Positions 12,463 through 23,767 of a stretch of DNA of 53,204 nt are shown piece after piece. The DNA comes from Octopus sinensis. Taxonomy: Eukaryota. Below the pieces are notes generated by a model. It was not told the DNA's origin. It saw only the letters and a list, made by a program, of their open reading frames with translations, and made no database searches. The DNA lies in assembly GCF_006345805.1 (NCBI RefSeq), contig NW_021834501.1, forward strand, positions 1-53,204. Reading direction: 5' to 3'. The position numbers and the translations under genes are program-made. How positions within the stretch are numbered: the first letter of the stretch is position 1; the number at the start of each line of letters is the position of its first letter.

Positions 12463-12487
12463 TAATAATAATAATAAAATAATAATA
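11420..12487 (-). mobile_element. (AAT)n tracts interleaved with three family B tRNA-SINE copies (~11575-11752, 11908-12120, 12155-12372)
   Basis: Minus strand AAGGCAG(C/T)(G/T)AGCTG(G/A)CAGAA...CTGAGTTCAAATTC..CC.AGGT..ACTT..C.TTTCATCCTTT. Each copy is bounded by (AAT)n on both sides. Confidence 0.8.
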
Positions 12488-13042
12488 AAATGCCTGATGC
12501 AGTACCAGGCAGTGGCTCTCATGGCTTCTGATCTTAACTGATTGGAAGTGTTATCATGTACATTGTTTTGTCTTGGTATAAAAGATGGGTTACAGCAAAT
12601 ATTCTGCTCAATACCACAGATTTGCTTGTCAGTTGTTTGACCTTAACCAGTTGAGCATGTCCCTTGTGGCTGACGATATGTGCATCTTTGATCACGAGCA
12701 GAATAGTGGGGGGAGCATCATAGCCATGTGTTGAGAGGGATTCTTTGGGGTTGAATAATTCACCTCTGGAAACATGGGTGATTCTTTCAACATCCTTAAA
12801 TAACCCTTATTCGGGGACCTTTTGAGCGGGATGGGCTACTCAACCTGAAGAAAATTCTAACTGGGCCCTACCTGCAAGGTCATGTGCTGTTTATCTTGAT
12901 ATGAGATCACCATGTCGCGCACATATGGTTGTGATGCATGTGCCTGGTGTACTTTTATCAGACGGGTAGTCATGATGGGTATATTGGGCTTCGTATATTT
13001 TACCCCAGTGTCACTTTGATGGCATGCACTGCTCTCTCACTC
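12488..13042. mobile_element. Unclassified ~555-bp element X, copy 1, flanked by (AAT)n
   Basis: Ends AAATGCC(C)TGATGCAGTACCAGGCAGTGG...GGCATGCACTGCTCTCTCACTC are the same in three full copies. No TIRs and no ORF. Confidence 0.85.
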
Positions 13043-13131
13043 AATAATAATAATAATAATAATAACAATAATAATAATAATAATAATATTAATAATAATA
13101 ATATTAATAATGATGATGATAATAATAATGA

Positions 13132-15541
13132 TTTTAAGAATAGAATCATACCACAGCCACCCATACACATTCTAAGAATAGAAGAAACAACTAAAATTCA
13201 ACACACAGAAATGAAAGAGAAAATTTGGAGAGAGTATTACAGAAGAGTTAGACTAATATTAAATACTGAACTTTATGCTAAAACTAAGATAATAGGGATA
13301 AACACACTAGCTGTACCAGTCGTAAATTACAGCTTTAGCATAATAAACTGGAAGATCAGTGAATTGAGAAGCCTAGATAGAAAAAGCAGAAAACTACTAA
13401 CAGTGTACCAAAGTCACCACTCTGAAACAGATGTAGAAACTGAATGCATTTACCCCACTCAGAAGGAGGTCATGGCCTGATACAGATAGAAAATGACTGG
13501 TAAAGTACTTAGAAACAAAGAGGAGAAGATTACTGCATGTAGTAAAGCAACATGAGAAAAAGAAAATGCTTTTCTCTATATACAAGGAGGCATCAAAATA
13601 CAAAACAGAAACAAACTCCCCTGAAATACTGACCTCAGATGACAACATAGCAGAAATGGTCAGAGAGATAAAAAACAACATGATGGAAATTGTAGTTGTG
13701 ATACCTGTGCTGGTGGCTTGTAAAAAGCACCATCCGTCCGTGGCCAATGCCAGCGCTGCCTTGACTGGCTTCCGTGCCGGTGGCACATAAAAAGCACCAA
13801 CCGATCGTGGCCACTGCCAGATTCCCCTGGCACCTGTGCCAGTGGCACGTAAAAAGCACCCACTACACTCACAGAGTGGTTGGCGTTAGGAAGGGCATCC
13901 AGCTGTAGAAACATTGCCAGGTCAGACTGGAGCCTGGTGCAGCCTCTTGGCTTCCCAGACCCGGTCGAACCGTCCAACCCGTGCTAGTACGGAAAACAGA
14001 CGTTAAATGATGATGATGATGATGATGATGACTGAAGAAGAAATGGAGAAAAAAATCATTTCATGGCCAGTACCCTGCAAGGTTTGACAGAGGAAGTGAT
14101 CCTAAGTAAATGCTAACAATGGCTCACAAGCTCTGGACTAAAAGCCAAAACAGAAGGATTGATTTTCGTTGCATAAGGCTATTATAAAAGCAAAATACTG
14201 AAAACAGGCCTCAACACCAAATGCAAAATGCGTTACCAGCACAATGAGACAGCTGACCACATCATCTCAGGCTGCACAGTCCTTGCCAAATCTGAATATG
14301 CTCTTTTACTCTTTTACTTGTTTCAGTCATTTGAATGTGGCCATGCTGGAGCACCGCCTTTAGTCTGGCAAATTGACCCTAGGACTTATTCTTTGTAAAC
14401 CTAGTATTTATTCTATCAGTCTCTTTTGCCAAACCACTGATTCACGGGGACGTAAAACCACCAGCATCAGTTGTCAAGCAATGTGTGGGTGGACAAAACA
14501 GACACCAAACATATACCACACAATATATATATATAATGTATATTATATATATATAGATATATATATATATATATAATATATATAATATACATATATATGA
14601 AATGGGTTCTTTCAGTTTCTGTCTACCAAATCCACTCACAAGTCAGCTCGAGGCTATAGTAGAAGACACTTGCCCAAGATGCCATGCAGTGGGACTGAAC
14701 CTGGAACCATGTGGTTCGTAAGCAAGCTACTTACCACTCAGCCACTCCTACACCTATGTGTACAGATACAATAAAATAAGCAGTTATATCCACTGGACAA
14801 TATGTCAAAATTACAACATCAAAACTGATAGCAGGTGGTATAAGCATGTGCCAGACAAAGTAGAAGACAATGACCAGGCCATAGCCATCTGGGATATGCT
14901 GTTCAAACTGACAAAGAAATAAATGCTAATCACTCAGATATAAATAGCCAAAGATTGAGGGAAAAATACCTGCTTACTGATAAGCATTGCAGTCCCTTAT
15001 GATCAAAATATTGTCAAAAAAGAAATGGAGAAATTGTTGAAGTACAAAGACCTTTGAAATTGAAGTATTCAAAGCGTGGAGCATGAAGGTAAAAACAATA
15101 CCAATAATAATTGGAGCATTAGGCATGACAAAAAATTATATGAACAAAAATGTAGAAGCTATACCTGGATCCTCAACACTACACACAGTCCAGAAAATAG
15201 CCCTGCTAGGAACAGCCCACATCCTATGCTATCAAACCAATAATATCAACCTAAAAAAATCAACAAACAACCACAAACATAAGGAATACTCTATACAGCA
15301 TTTACCCAGTGAAATAAACTCCCACCAGCAAGTAAAGAAACCAAAGCATTACAAAGTCAACACAACAAAAGATAGCACCACATCACAAGGGGAAAAAAAA
15401 ACTAATACAATACAGTACTGGGAAGAGTTTGCACACTAACAGCAAAAAAGAACACACAATGCTGCACACACCCCAGCAACATGGGGGTTTAAGCAGGTGA
15501 TGCAGTGGAAATTTGCCTGAAACTACTAAACATTTAACAGT

Positions 15542-15546
<5 letters not shown>
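13132..15546 (+). mobile_element. 5'-truncated R4/Dong-clade LINE (RT C-terminus, CCHC knuckle, RLE endonuclease, 3' UTR, (TAA)n tail), with nested RTE tail (~13700-14031) and family A SINE (14301-14755)
   Basis: EYYRRVRLILNTELYAKTKIIGINTLAVPVVNYSFSIINWKISELRSLDRKSRKLL (ORF 12938-13480); ...HNETADHIISGCTVLAKSEY near 14240-14300; ...IAVPYDQNIVKKEMEKLLKYKDL and MKVKTIPIIIGALG...LHTVQKIALLGTAHIL (ORF 15083). Multiple frameshifts. Confidence 0.85.
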
Positions 15547-15598
<52 letters not shown>

Positions 15599-15601
<3 letters not shown>

Positions 15602-16157
15602 TGCCCTGATGCAGTACCAGGCAGTGGCTCTCATGGCTTCTGATCTTAACTGATTGGAAGTGTTATCATGTACATTGTTTTGTCTTGGTATAAAAGATGG
15701 GTTACAGCAAATATTCTGCTCAATACCACAGATTTGCTTGTCAGTTGTTTGACCTTAACCAGTTGAGCATGTCCCTTAGTGGCTGACGATATATGCATCT
15801 CTGACCATGAGCAGAAGTATTGGGGGAGCATCATAGCCATGTGTTGAGAGGGATTCTTTGGGGTTTGAATGATTCACCTCTGGAATCATGGGTGTTTCGT
15901 TCAACATCCTAAAGCAACCCTTATTCATGGACCGTTTGAGCAGGATGGGCTACTAAACTGAAGAAAATTCTAACTGGGCCCCACCTGCAAGGTCATGCGC
16001 TGTTTATCTTGATATGAGATCACCATGTCGCGCACATATGGTTTGTGATGCATGTGCTGGTTGTACCCTTATCAGAGAGGGTAGTCATGATGGGTATATT
16101 GGGCTTCGTATATTTTACCCCAGTGTCACTTTGATGGCATGCACTGCTCTCTCACTC
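15599..16157. mobile_element. Element X, copy 2
   Basis: Same ends and body as copy 1; (AAT)n on both sides. Confidence 0.85.
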
Positions 16158-16209
16158 AATAATAATAATATCAATAATGATCAAAATAAAATTAACAATA
16201 ATGCTAATA

Positions 16210-16440
16210 AATGGAAGCATTCAAAATGTGGAGCATGAAAGTAAAAACAATAATAATTGGAGCATTGGATATGATAAAAAATTATATGAACAAAAATGTA
16301 GAAGCTATACCTGGATGCTCAACACTACACACTGTCCAAAAAAACTAGTCCTGCCAGGAACAGCCCACATCCTTTGATATCAAACCAATAATATCAACCT
16401 AAACAAAACAACCCACAAACATAAGATTAACAAAAACAAA
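16210..16440 (+). mobile_element. Short 5'-truncated copy of the same Dong-like LINE
   Basis: Aligns by eye with ~15065-15290 (GTGGAGCATGAA.GTAAAAACAATA...GAAGCTATACCTGGAT.CTCAACACTACACAC...GGAACAGCCCACATCCT). Confidence 0.8.
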
Positions 16441-17119
16441 CCAAGATTAACGAAAACAGAAGTACTAGGGTCAATTCATTTGACTAAAAAATTCTTCTAA
16501 GTGGTGCCCCAGCATGGCCACAGTCTGATGACTGAAACAAGTAAAAATTTAAAGATACACACACACACACACACATACACATACATATATACATATAACT
16601 GTTGTGTGTGTGTATCTTTGTGTCTGTGTTTGTCCCCCACCACTGCATCAAAACTGGTGTTGGTGTGTTTATGTCCCCATGACCTAGCAGTTCAACAAAA
16701 GGGGCTGATAGAATAAATATCAGGCTTTAAGAAAATAAAAAGTACTGGAATTGGTTCACTGAACTAAAGCAATTTTTCAAGGCTGTGCTCCAGCATGGCT
16801 ACTGACTAAGGATTGAGACAAGTAAAAACTAAAAGACAAAAGATTAAAGATTAAAGTTCAGTACCAAATCTGGTCAATCACATACCCCTAACATTTGAGC
16901 AAATCCCTATTGGAAGGGCCACATATATCTGTTTGGAATCAAGTAGTGTGCGGTGAAGTATGGTACCAGTTAGTTCTTTAGCATTGGAGATTTTGTCTGG
17001 GGGCTGTGGTGTCACAGTGTGACACCACGCTATGCCATGTCTGATGTTTGAGGCTTATCGATCAGTTTTTAATTGATTGTGTTTTGGAGGACATGCCTTT
17101 CTCTTTTTCTGCTTCTTCT

Positions 17120-17630
17120 TCATCGTCGCCGTCGTCATCATGACCATCACCACTGAAACACCGAGACAAACACTACAGGTATGAGGACTATGACTACCAA
17201 CTTCACTGTCATCACCATCATCATGACTACTTGCATCATCATCATCATCGTCCATGCCACCACCACCATCGTCATCACCATCATCATCACTCTTATTCTC
17301 ATTATCATCATCATCATCACCTCCATCATCATCATCACCACCATCATTCTTATCACCATCACATCAGTGACACCACAATCATTATCATTATCATTTTAAT
17401 CACCATCACCACCACCATCACTGCCTTCAACTTCTTCATCATTACCATCATCATTTAACACTCACCATCATCGACATTGTCATCATCATTTCTGACACCA
17501 TCATCATCATCATCTTCCTCATTAGCAGTATTACCACTACCACCACCACTATCATTACTACCACTAGCACCACTTCCAATTCAAACACCATCATTCAAAT
17601 ATGCCCACCACCACTAACACCACCACTTTA
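17120..17630. repeat. (CAT/CAC)n low-complexity tract
   Basis: Direct reading. Confidence 0.9.
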
Positions 17631-17840
17631 GTGGCGTACAAAGGATGGGCATAGGCTGCACCTTTGCCCCCCTCTTTAAATTCTCCAATGGTCTACACCA
17701 CCACCAGTGGCCATATTGGAAAGAAAAGGGTCAGAAAGGGGAGAGTAATTAGGGAGGTTCATTAGAGTCTCTTCAATAAGGGGATTTGGGGAAGATTGGA
17801 GGAACTTACATACAGACCCCATTGTTAGTCTCTGTCTATC

Positions 17841-17877
<37 letters not shown>

Positions 17878-18194
17878 CACAAACACACACATATATCCAC
17901 ACTTATGACTATGAATATAATACATACCTAAAAATACATATGCATACATATATGTAGATATGTGTATATATGCACATACATATGCATGTGTGTATATATA
18001 TATATATATATGTACGTATATTTATGTATGTATATATATATATGTGCATACATGTATATATATATATGTGTGTATTTGTGTATATATGTATATATAAATA
18101 CCTGCATATATATATATGTGTGTGTGTGGGTATGTATGTAGGTATATACATATACATTCGTGTATATATGTATATATATGTATATATGTGTATG

Positions 18195-18227
<33 letters not shown>

Positions 18228-18410
18228 CTATGATGTAGGTATATACATATACTACATGTATATATATATATATATATAATATATATATATATACACGCAC
18301 ACACACACACACACACATACTAATGTATAGCTGTATAATATTGATATATATATAAATATGTCTATGCATATAAAGATATATATATGCATGTTGGTGTGTA
18401 TACATATAAT

Positions 18411-18448
<38 letters not shown>

Positions 18449-18529
18449 TATACACTCACATGTATATTCGTATACACACATATATATATATATTTATGCA
18501 CACAGATAGATAGGTATGCTTTAAGAATA

Positions 18530-18719
18530 GAAAACATGGATGGATCAGTTAATTATGATTTTATTCAACATATTCCCCTTTCAGATTCACACACTTATTG
18601 CAGCAGCCCTTAAGGTTTTCTACGCCCTGTAAAAGAACTTGGATGGCTGGGCTTCCAACCAGACCATCCACAATGAGAAAGTCCTTAAAGCCAGAAACTT
18701 TTCAGAACACCCTCATGTA
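18530..18719 (-). mobile_element. mariner-derived internally deleted element (TIR + transposase C-terminus)
   Basis: Minus strand begins TA-CATGAGGGTGTTCTGAAAAGTT (mariner-like TIR after TA) and contains a frame ending CNKCVNLKGEYVE*, the typical mariner C-terminus. Confidence 0.7.
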
Positions 18720-18728
18720 CATATATAC

Positions 18729-18773
<45 letters not shown>

Positions 18774-18929
18774 TGTGTGTGTGTGTGTATAGACACACAC
18801 ATACTGGTTACTATTACCAAGCCCTAGTCATTGTGGAAAATGTCATTTAGGGAGTGTATATACGTGTTCATGTGTGTGTACTATATCAAACTGCCGCTAT
18901 CACAACTAAGGCTACTTAGTGGTGATGGA

Positions 18930-19470
18930 AGAAGAAGAAGAAGAAGAAGAAGAAGAAGAAGAAGGAAAGAACGAAAGAAGAAGACGAAAAAGAAGAAGAT
19001 GGAAGTAGAAGAAGAAGAAGAAGAAGAAGGAAAAAAAGAAAAGAAAGAAGGAAGAGGAGAAGGAAGAGGAAAAGGAAAAGAAAGAAGAAGACGAAAAAGA
19101 AGATGGAAGAAGAAGAAAAAGAAGAAGAAGAGGAAGAAGAAGAGGAAGAACATCAACAACAAAAAGAGGAAGAAGAAGAAAAGGAAGAAGAAGGAAAAAA
19201 GAAAAGAAAGATGACGACAATGAAGAAGAAGGGAAAAAGAAGAAGAAGACAAAAAAGAAGAAGACGATGGCAACAAAGAAGAAGAAGAAGAAGAAGAAGA
19301 AGAAGAAGAAGAAGAAGAAGAAGAAGAAAAAAGATCAAGAAGAAGAGAAAAGGAAGAAGAAAAGGAAGAAATAGAAATAAAAAAGAGTAAGAAAAAAGTT
19401 CAAAAAGAAGAAGAAGAAAGACAAACAAACAGACAGAGGGAGAGATGATGAAGAAAAAATAGAAGAAAAA
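18930..19470. repeat. (GAA)n-rich polypurine tract
   Basis: Direct reading. Confidence 0.92.
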
Positions 19471-20018
19471 CATTCAGACTGGAAAGCCTAAAACCAGACA
19501 AAGGTTTAATGCAATCCTACTCTAAGCCCATTATTTTGAAATAAAAATTATATTTCAAATTAAACAAAAAAATGAAACAAAAGTGTGTTGCGTTTTATTT
19601 GTCTTTACACAATTTATAACCCAGGTTTATCTGCAGATGATTCTAAATCCCAAGATAGGTTTTGGAATAACATTAGCACCGTTTATGCCTTCTGTATGGT
19701 CCCTGTCTGAGACGATATGGTCTTTGAAGGTTAGGTTGGGGGAGAGACGTAGGGGAGAGAACTCTGGGTAATAAAATATCAATTGGGTTTTCAAACATGG
19801 TTTAACAATGTCTGTGCGTCTGGGTGTGTCTGGGGTGTGGTGGGGAAGTGTCTGTGTGCGTGTGTGTGTGTGACTGTTCATGTGTATATATTTATGTATG
19901 TGTGTGTGTATATATATATGTATATGTGTGTATGTAGCTAACTATCTCTATCTCTCTCACTATCTATCTATATATAAGTGTGAATATATATATGTATATA
20001 TATTCAGATATATATCTA

Positions 20019-20059
<41 letters not shown>

Positions 20060-20725
20060 GTATATATGCATGTATATATATATATTATATATATATATGT
20101 ATGTATGTATATATATGTATATATGTATGTGTGTGTGTGTGAATTTGTCTTGTGTGTATAGCCATGGCTATGTGTTAAAAAGCCTGCTTCTCTAACCACA
20201 TGCCTTTGAGCAAGTGTCTTCTACTATAGCTTCAGTCTGATCCAAAGCCTTGTGAGTGGATTTGGTAGGCGGAAACTAAAAGAAGCCCATCATGTGTGCG
20301 TGTGTGTGTGTTAGTGTTTGTGCTCCACCACCACTTGAGAAGTGGTGTTGGTATATTTATATCCCCGTAAATTAGCAGTTCAACAAAAGGACAGCAACAG
20401 AACAAGTACCAGGTTTTGGGAAAAGAAAAAAGAAACACACCGGGTTTGATTCATTTGACTAAAATTCTTGAAAGCAGTGCCCCAGCATGGCCACAGTCTA
20501 ATAACTCAAACAAGTAGTGAAACATAAGCTTTAAATACAGAGGACATGCGTAGATTAGAGACAGATCTACACCTAGAAATCATAACATCCTCATATCATA
20601 ACGTCTTCTGTGCAAAATATCATTCGCTGGTTACAAGTCCTTGCTGAACAGTTTTCATTTCACAGATTTCCTTCTCTTAAATGGATTATCTTAACTAAAA
20701 CTGGTGAGCACCACCTCTCCCTGAC

Positions 20726-20966
20726 TCATCATCATCATTGTTCGACCGTGGTCGAGACAATGGAATTTACCATGCTACGCCAGACTTCACAGTCCATCAT
20801 GGCATTACGGAGGTCCTGTTGCTGGATGCCTGTATCCCTGGAGATTACATCAGGGTAGGAGAGTGTGCGCCCTCTGGTATTGCGTGTAGATGGCTTCCAG
20901 AGGAGAAGAGTAGAAATTACCTCTTTTTCAGCTCTACAACAATGTCCAGCAAACTGGACTCTCCTA
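20726..20966 (-). mobile_element. RTE/RTE-X LINE 3' end remnant with (TGA)n tail
   Basis: Minus-strand translation RRVQFAGHCCRAEKEVISTLLLWKPSTRNTRGRTLSYPDVISRDTGIQQQDLRNAMMDCEVWRSMVNSIVSTTVEQ*, followed by TGATGATGA. Confidence 0.75.
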
Positions 20967-21446
20967 CCATAAATCCTCGAGTATAGTTCACCCTTGAGTA
21001 TAATATGCAGGGGATTTTTAGGGGGCTGTACCTCTGAAAAACCTAAACCTTGTGTATAATATGCACCCCTTCTCTAACTTGTGTCAAGGAGGTCTATATA
21101 TTGTCCTTGGTTTGTAAAAATGTATACGGTAATGTCCTTTATTATTATTGTATATATAACATAATGCAAACGTGTAGCTTTTTTGTGCATTTTGTTTGCA
21201 GAAAATAAAGAAATAACAGTAATAACATTTAATAAATGTTGCTTACTGCAAGTTATGAATGATTTAAGGTATTTTTGCGCCCGACATCATAAAATGCGTC
21301 TGAATAAATATTGCTGGACAGCAAATAGAGACTCGAAAATTGGTTAGAAAATATTTTTCATTTTTAACTTTGTATATAGTACGCACTAGGGATTTTGACC
21401 TTTAAATTTCAGGAAAAAAATGTGGATTATACTCAAGGATTTACTG
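20967..21446. mobile_element. pogo/Tigger-like MITE (~480 bp)
   Basis: Imperfect ~24-bp TIRs: CCATAAATCCTCGAGTATAGTTCAC versus reverse complement CAGTAAATCCTTGAGTATAATCCAC. TA on the left side; no ORF. Confidence 0.65.
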
Positions 21447-22203
21447 ATCCACAGAGGACCAGTTTCAATTTGATGTTATGATACATGTTCCTGTGTAATT
21501 ATACCTGTCCTAAACAAAATGGCATTACTTTTTGACACACCTCCGTATTAGATACATACTAATCAGTATAGCAAAGGGTACTCTTGTCCAGAGAAGTTAG
21601 GGAGTACAAGTATAAAGACAGACAGGTAAGTGATAAAGCAGATGTCAGACCTACAGGCTGGGTAGCAATGGAGTTGTGGTGGATGTAATAAAGAAGTTGC
21701 AAATGATACTAACTCAAGGGGAAGCCACTTCTAGCCACTTTGGATAAAGCAGTCACAAACAACAACTTCAACGGCAGTTCAAAATGACATTTTGGTGGCA
21801 CACCTCTTTGAGCACTCAAAGTGCCTACATATCCACTTGAGTCACCCTCATGATGACTCCACATATGCTTTTATTCTTTCACTGTGGCCCTACTGGAACA
21901 TGGCCTTGAAGGGTTTTAGTCAAGCAAATCAACCCCAGGATTAGCTTTTAAGCCTAGTACTTATTCTATCAGTATCTTTTGCTGAACCACTAAGTTACAG
22001 GGATGTAAACACACCAACACCAGTAGTTAAGTAGTGATGGGGTCACAAACACAGAAACACAGACACACTCACATAGATATGTATATTGATTATAATTATA
22101 CAGATATAATTATAATTAAGGGTACTGCAATTATAATTAAGGGTACTGCAAAACAGCACCTACATTAATTGATTTTATCCATAATTAAGTACGCATAAAT
22201 ATA

Positions 22204-22235
<32 letters not shown>

Positions 22236-22236
<1 letters not shown>

Positions 22237-23727
22237 TTCTGTCTACCAGCCCTTTCATGCTTAGTCATTCATTCCACTCTTCATTCTTTCATTACCCCTC
22301 TCTCACAGTTCTTTGCCTTCTCTTCTTGCTCACTTTCCCTCCACTTTTCACTTAATTATTTCCTTAATTCTTCTGTCCCTTTGCTTCTATGTCTCTCTCT
22401 CTTCTCTTCCCATGTGACCACCGGTCAGCCTAGCCTGTTCTTTCTTGGTCTGGCTGTTGTCCATGCAATATCGATATACCTCCCTGTGTTTGTGAAATCT
22501 TGTATCCCTGCCATAAGGCTTCATATCCACACGTGCCAACTTAAGTTAATTCGTCCTTAGTCGAAAGACACCTGTTGTTATGTCCTGTTATTATTTTCAT
22601 TGTATTTGTATACATTGTCCGTTTATTTCTGGCCTTGTTTTTGTATACATTCACTGCTTTCTTCCAAGGAATTTAATGCTCTTAGCTTAGTTTTTCCTTG
22701 GGGCTGGCCAGATTGGAGCAATCTCAAGTATAATAAAAAAAATAAATGGGCCCTTTTTAAAGCCTAGCCAGGCTCATGGGCTTGGTTTCCTGGTTTCCGT
22801 GGCATATGTGTTCCCCAGCTGGATGGGACACCAGTCTATCGCAGCGTTACTCACTTTTGCCAACTGAGTGGACTGGAGCAACATATTGTCTATCTGGATG
22901 CTTTGTTGTCCCATTTTTGTATCACCTAACTGTCCAGATGTTTTGCGTTCTTGTCCGCTTTTGTATTATATATAATATATATATACATATATATATATAT
23001 TTCTGTCTACCAGCCCTTTCATGCTTAGTCATTCATTCCACTCTTCATTCTTTCATTACCCCCCTCTCTCACATTCTTTGCCTTCTCTTCTTCTCACTTT
23101 CCCTCCACTTTTCACTTAATTATTTCCTTAATTCTTCTGTCCCTTTGCTTCTATGTCTCTCTCTCTTCTCTTCCCATGTGACCACCGGTCAGCCTAGCCT
23201 GTTCTTTCTTGGTCTGGCTGTTGTCCATGCCAATATCGATATACCTCCCTGTGTTTGTGAAATCTTGTATCCCTGCCATAAGGCTTCATATCCACACGTG
23301 CCAACTTAAGTTAATTCGTCCTTAGTCGAAAGACACCTGTTGTTATGTCCTGTTATTATTTTCATTGTATTTTATACATTGTCCGTTTATTTCTGGCCTT
23401 GTTTTTGTATACATTCACTGCTTTCTTCCAAGGAATTTAATGCTCTTAGCTAGTTTTTCCTTGGGGCTGGCCAGATTGGAGCAATCTCAAGTATATAAAA
23501 AAAATATGGGCCCTTTTTAAAGCCTAGCCAGGCTCATGGGCTTGGTTTCCTGGTTTCCGTGGCATATGTGTTCCCCAGCTGGATGGGACACCAGTCTATC
23601 GCAGCGTTACTCACTTTTGCCAACTGAGTGGACTGGAGCAACATATTGTCTATCTGGATGCTTTGTTGTCCCATTTTTGTATCACCTAACTGTCCAGATG
23701 TTTTGCGTTCTTGTCCGCTTTTGTATT
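22236..23727 (+). repeat. Near-identical tandem duplication (~760-bp period) of a (TA)n-flanked interspersed element carrying a nested SINE fragment
   Basis: 22236-22967 and 23000-23727 match almost base for base (ORFs starting 22776 and 23536 share their first ~65 aa). A diverged relative without the SINE fragment lies at 32213-32745 on the minus strand. Confidence 0.9.
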
Positions 23728-23730
23728 TTA

Positions 23731-23764
<34 letters not shown>

Positions 23765-23767
23765 ACC

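Noticed and set aside
12488-13042. HHR or HDV ribozyme inside element X (CTGAAGA, CTGATAA strings)
   Set aside because: No matching GAAAC or stem III and no HDV P3/L3 motif was found on either strand.
17628-17820. hAT-like end starting AGTGGCGTAC
   Set aside because: No matching second TIR or TSD was found.
21455-21547. mariner-like terminal repeat (reverse complement TACGGAGGTGTGTCAAAAAGTAATGCC)
   Set aside because: Single short end with no partner or coding remnant; plausible but too little to annotate.
21592-21625. 34-nt micro-exon (CCAG|...ACAG|GTAAGT)
   Set aside because: The donor is perfect but the acceptor is weak and there is no supporting partner exon; this is expected by chance in 53 kb.
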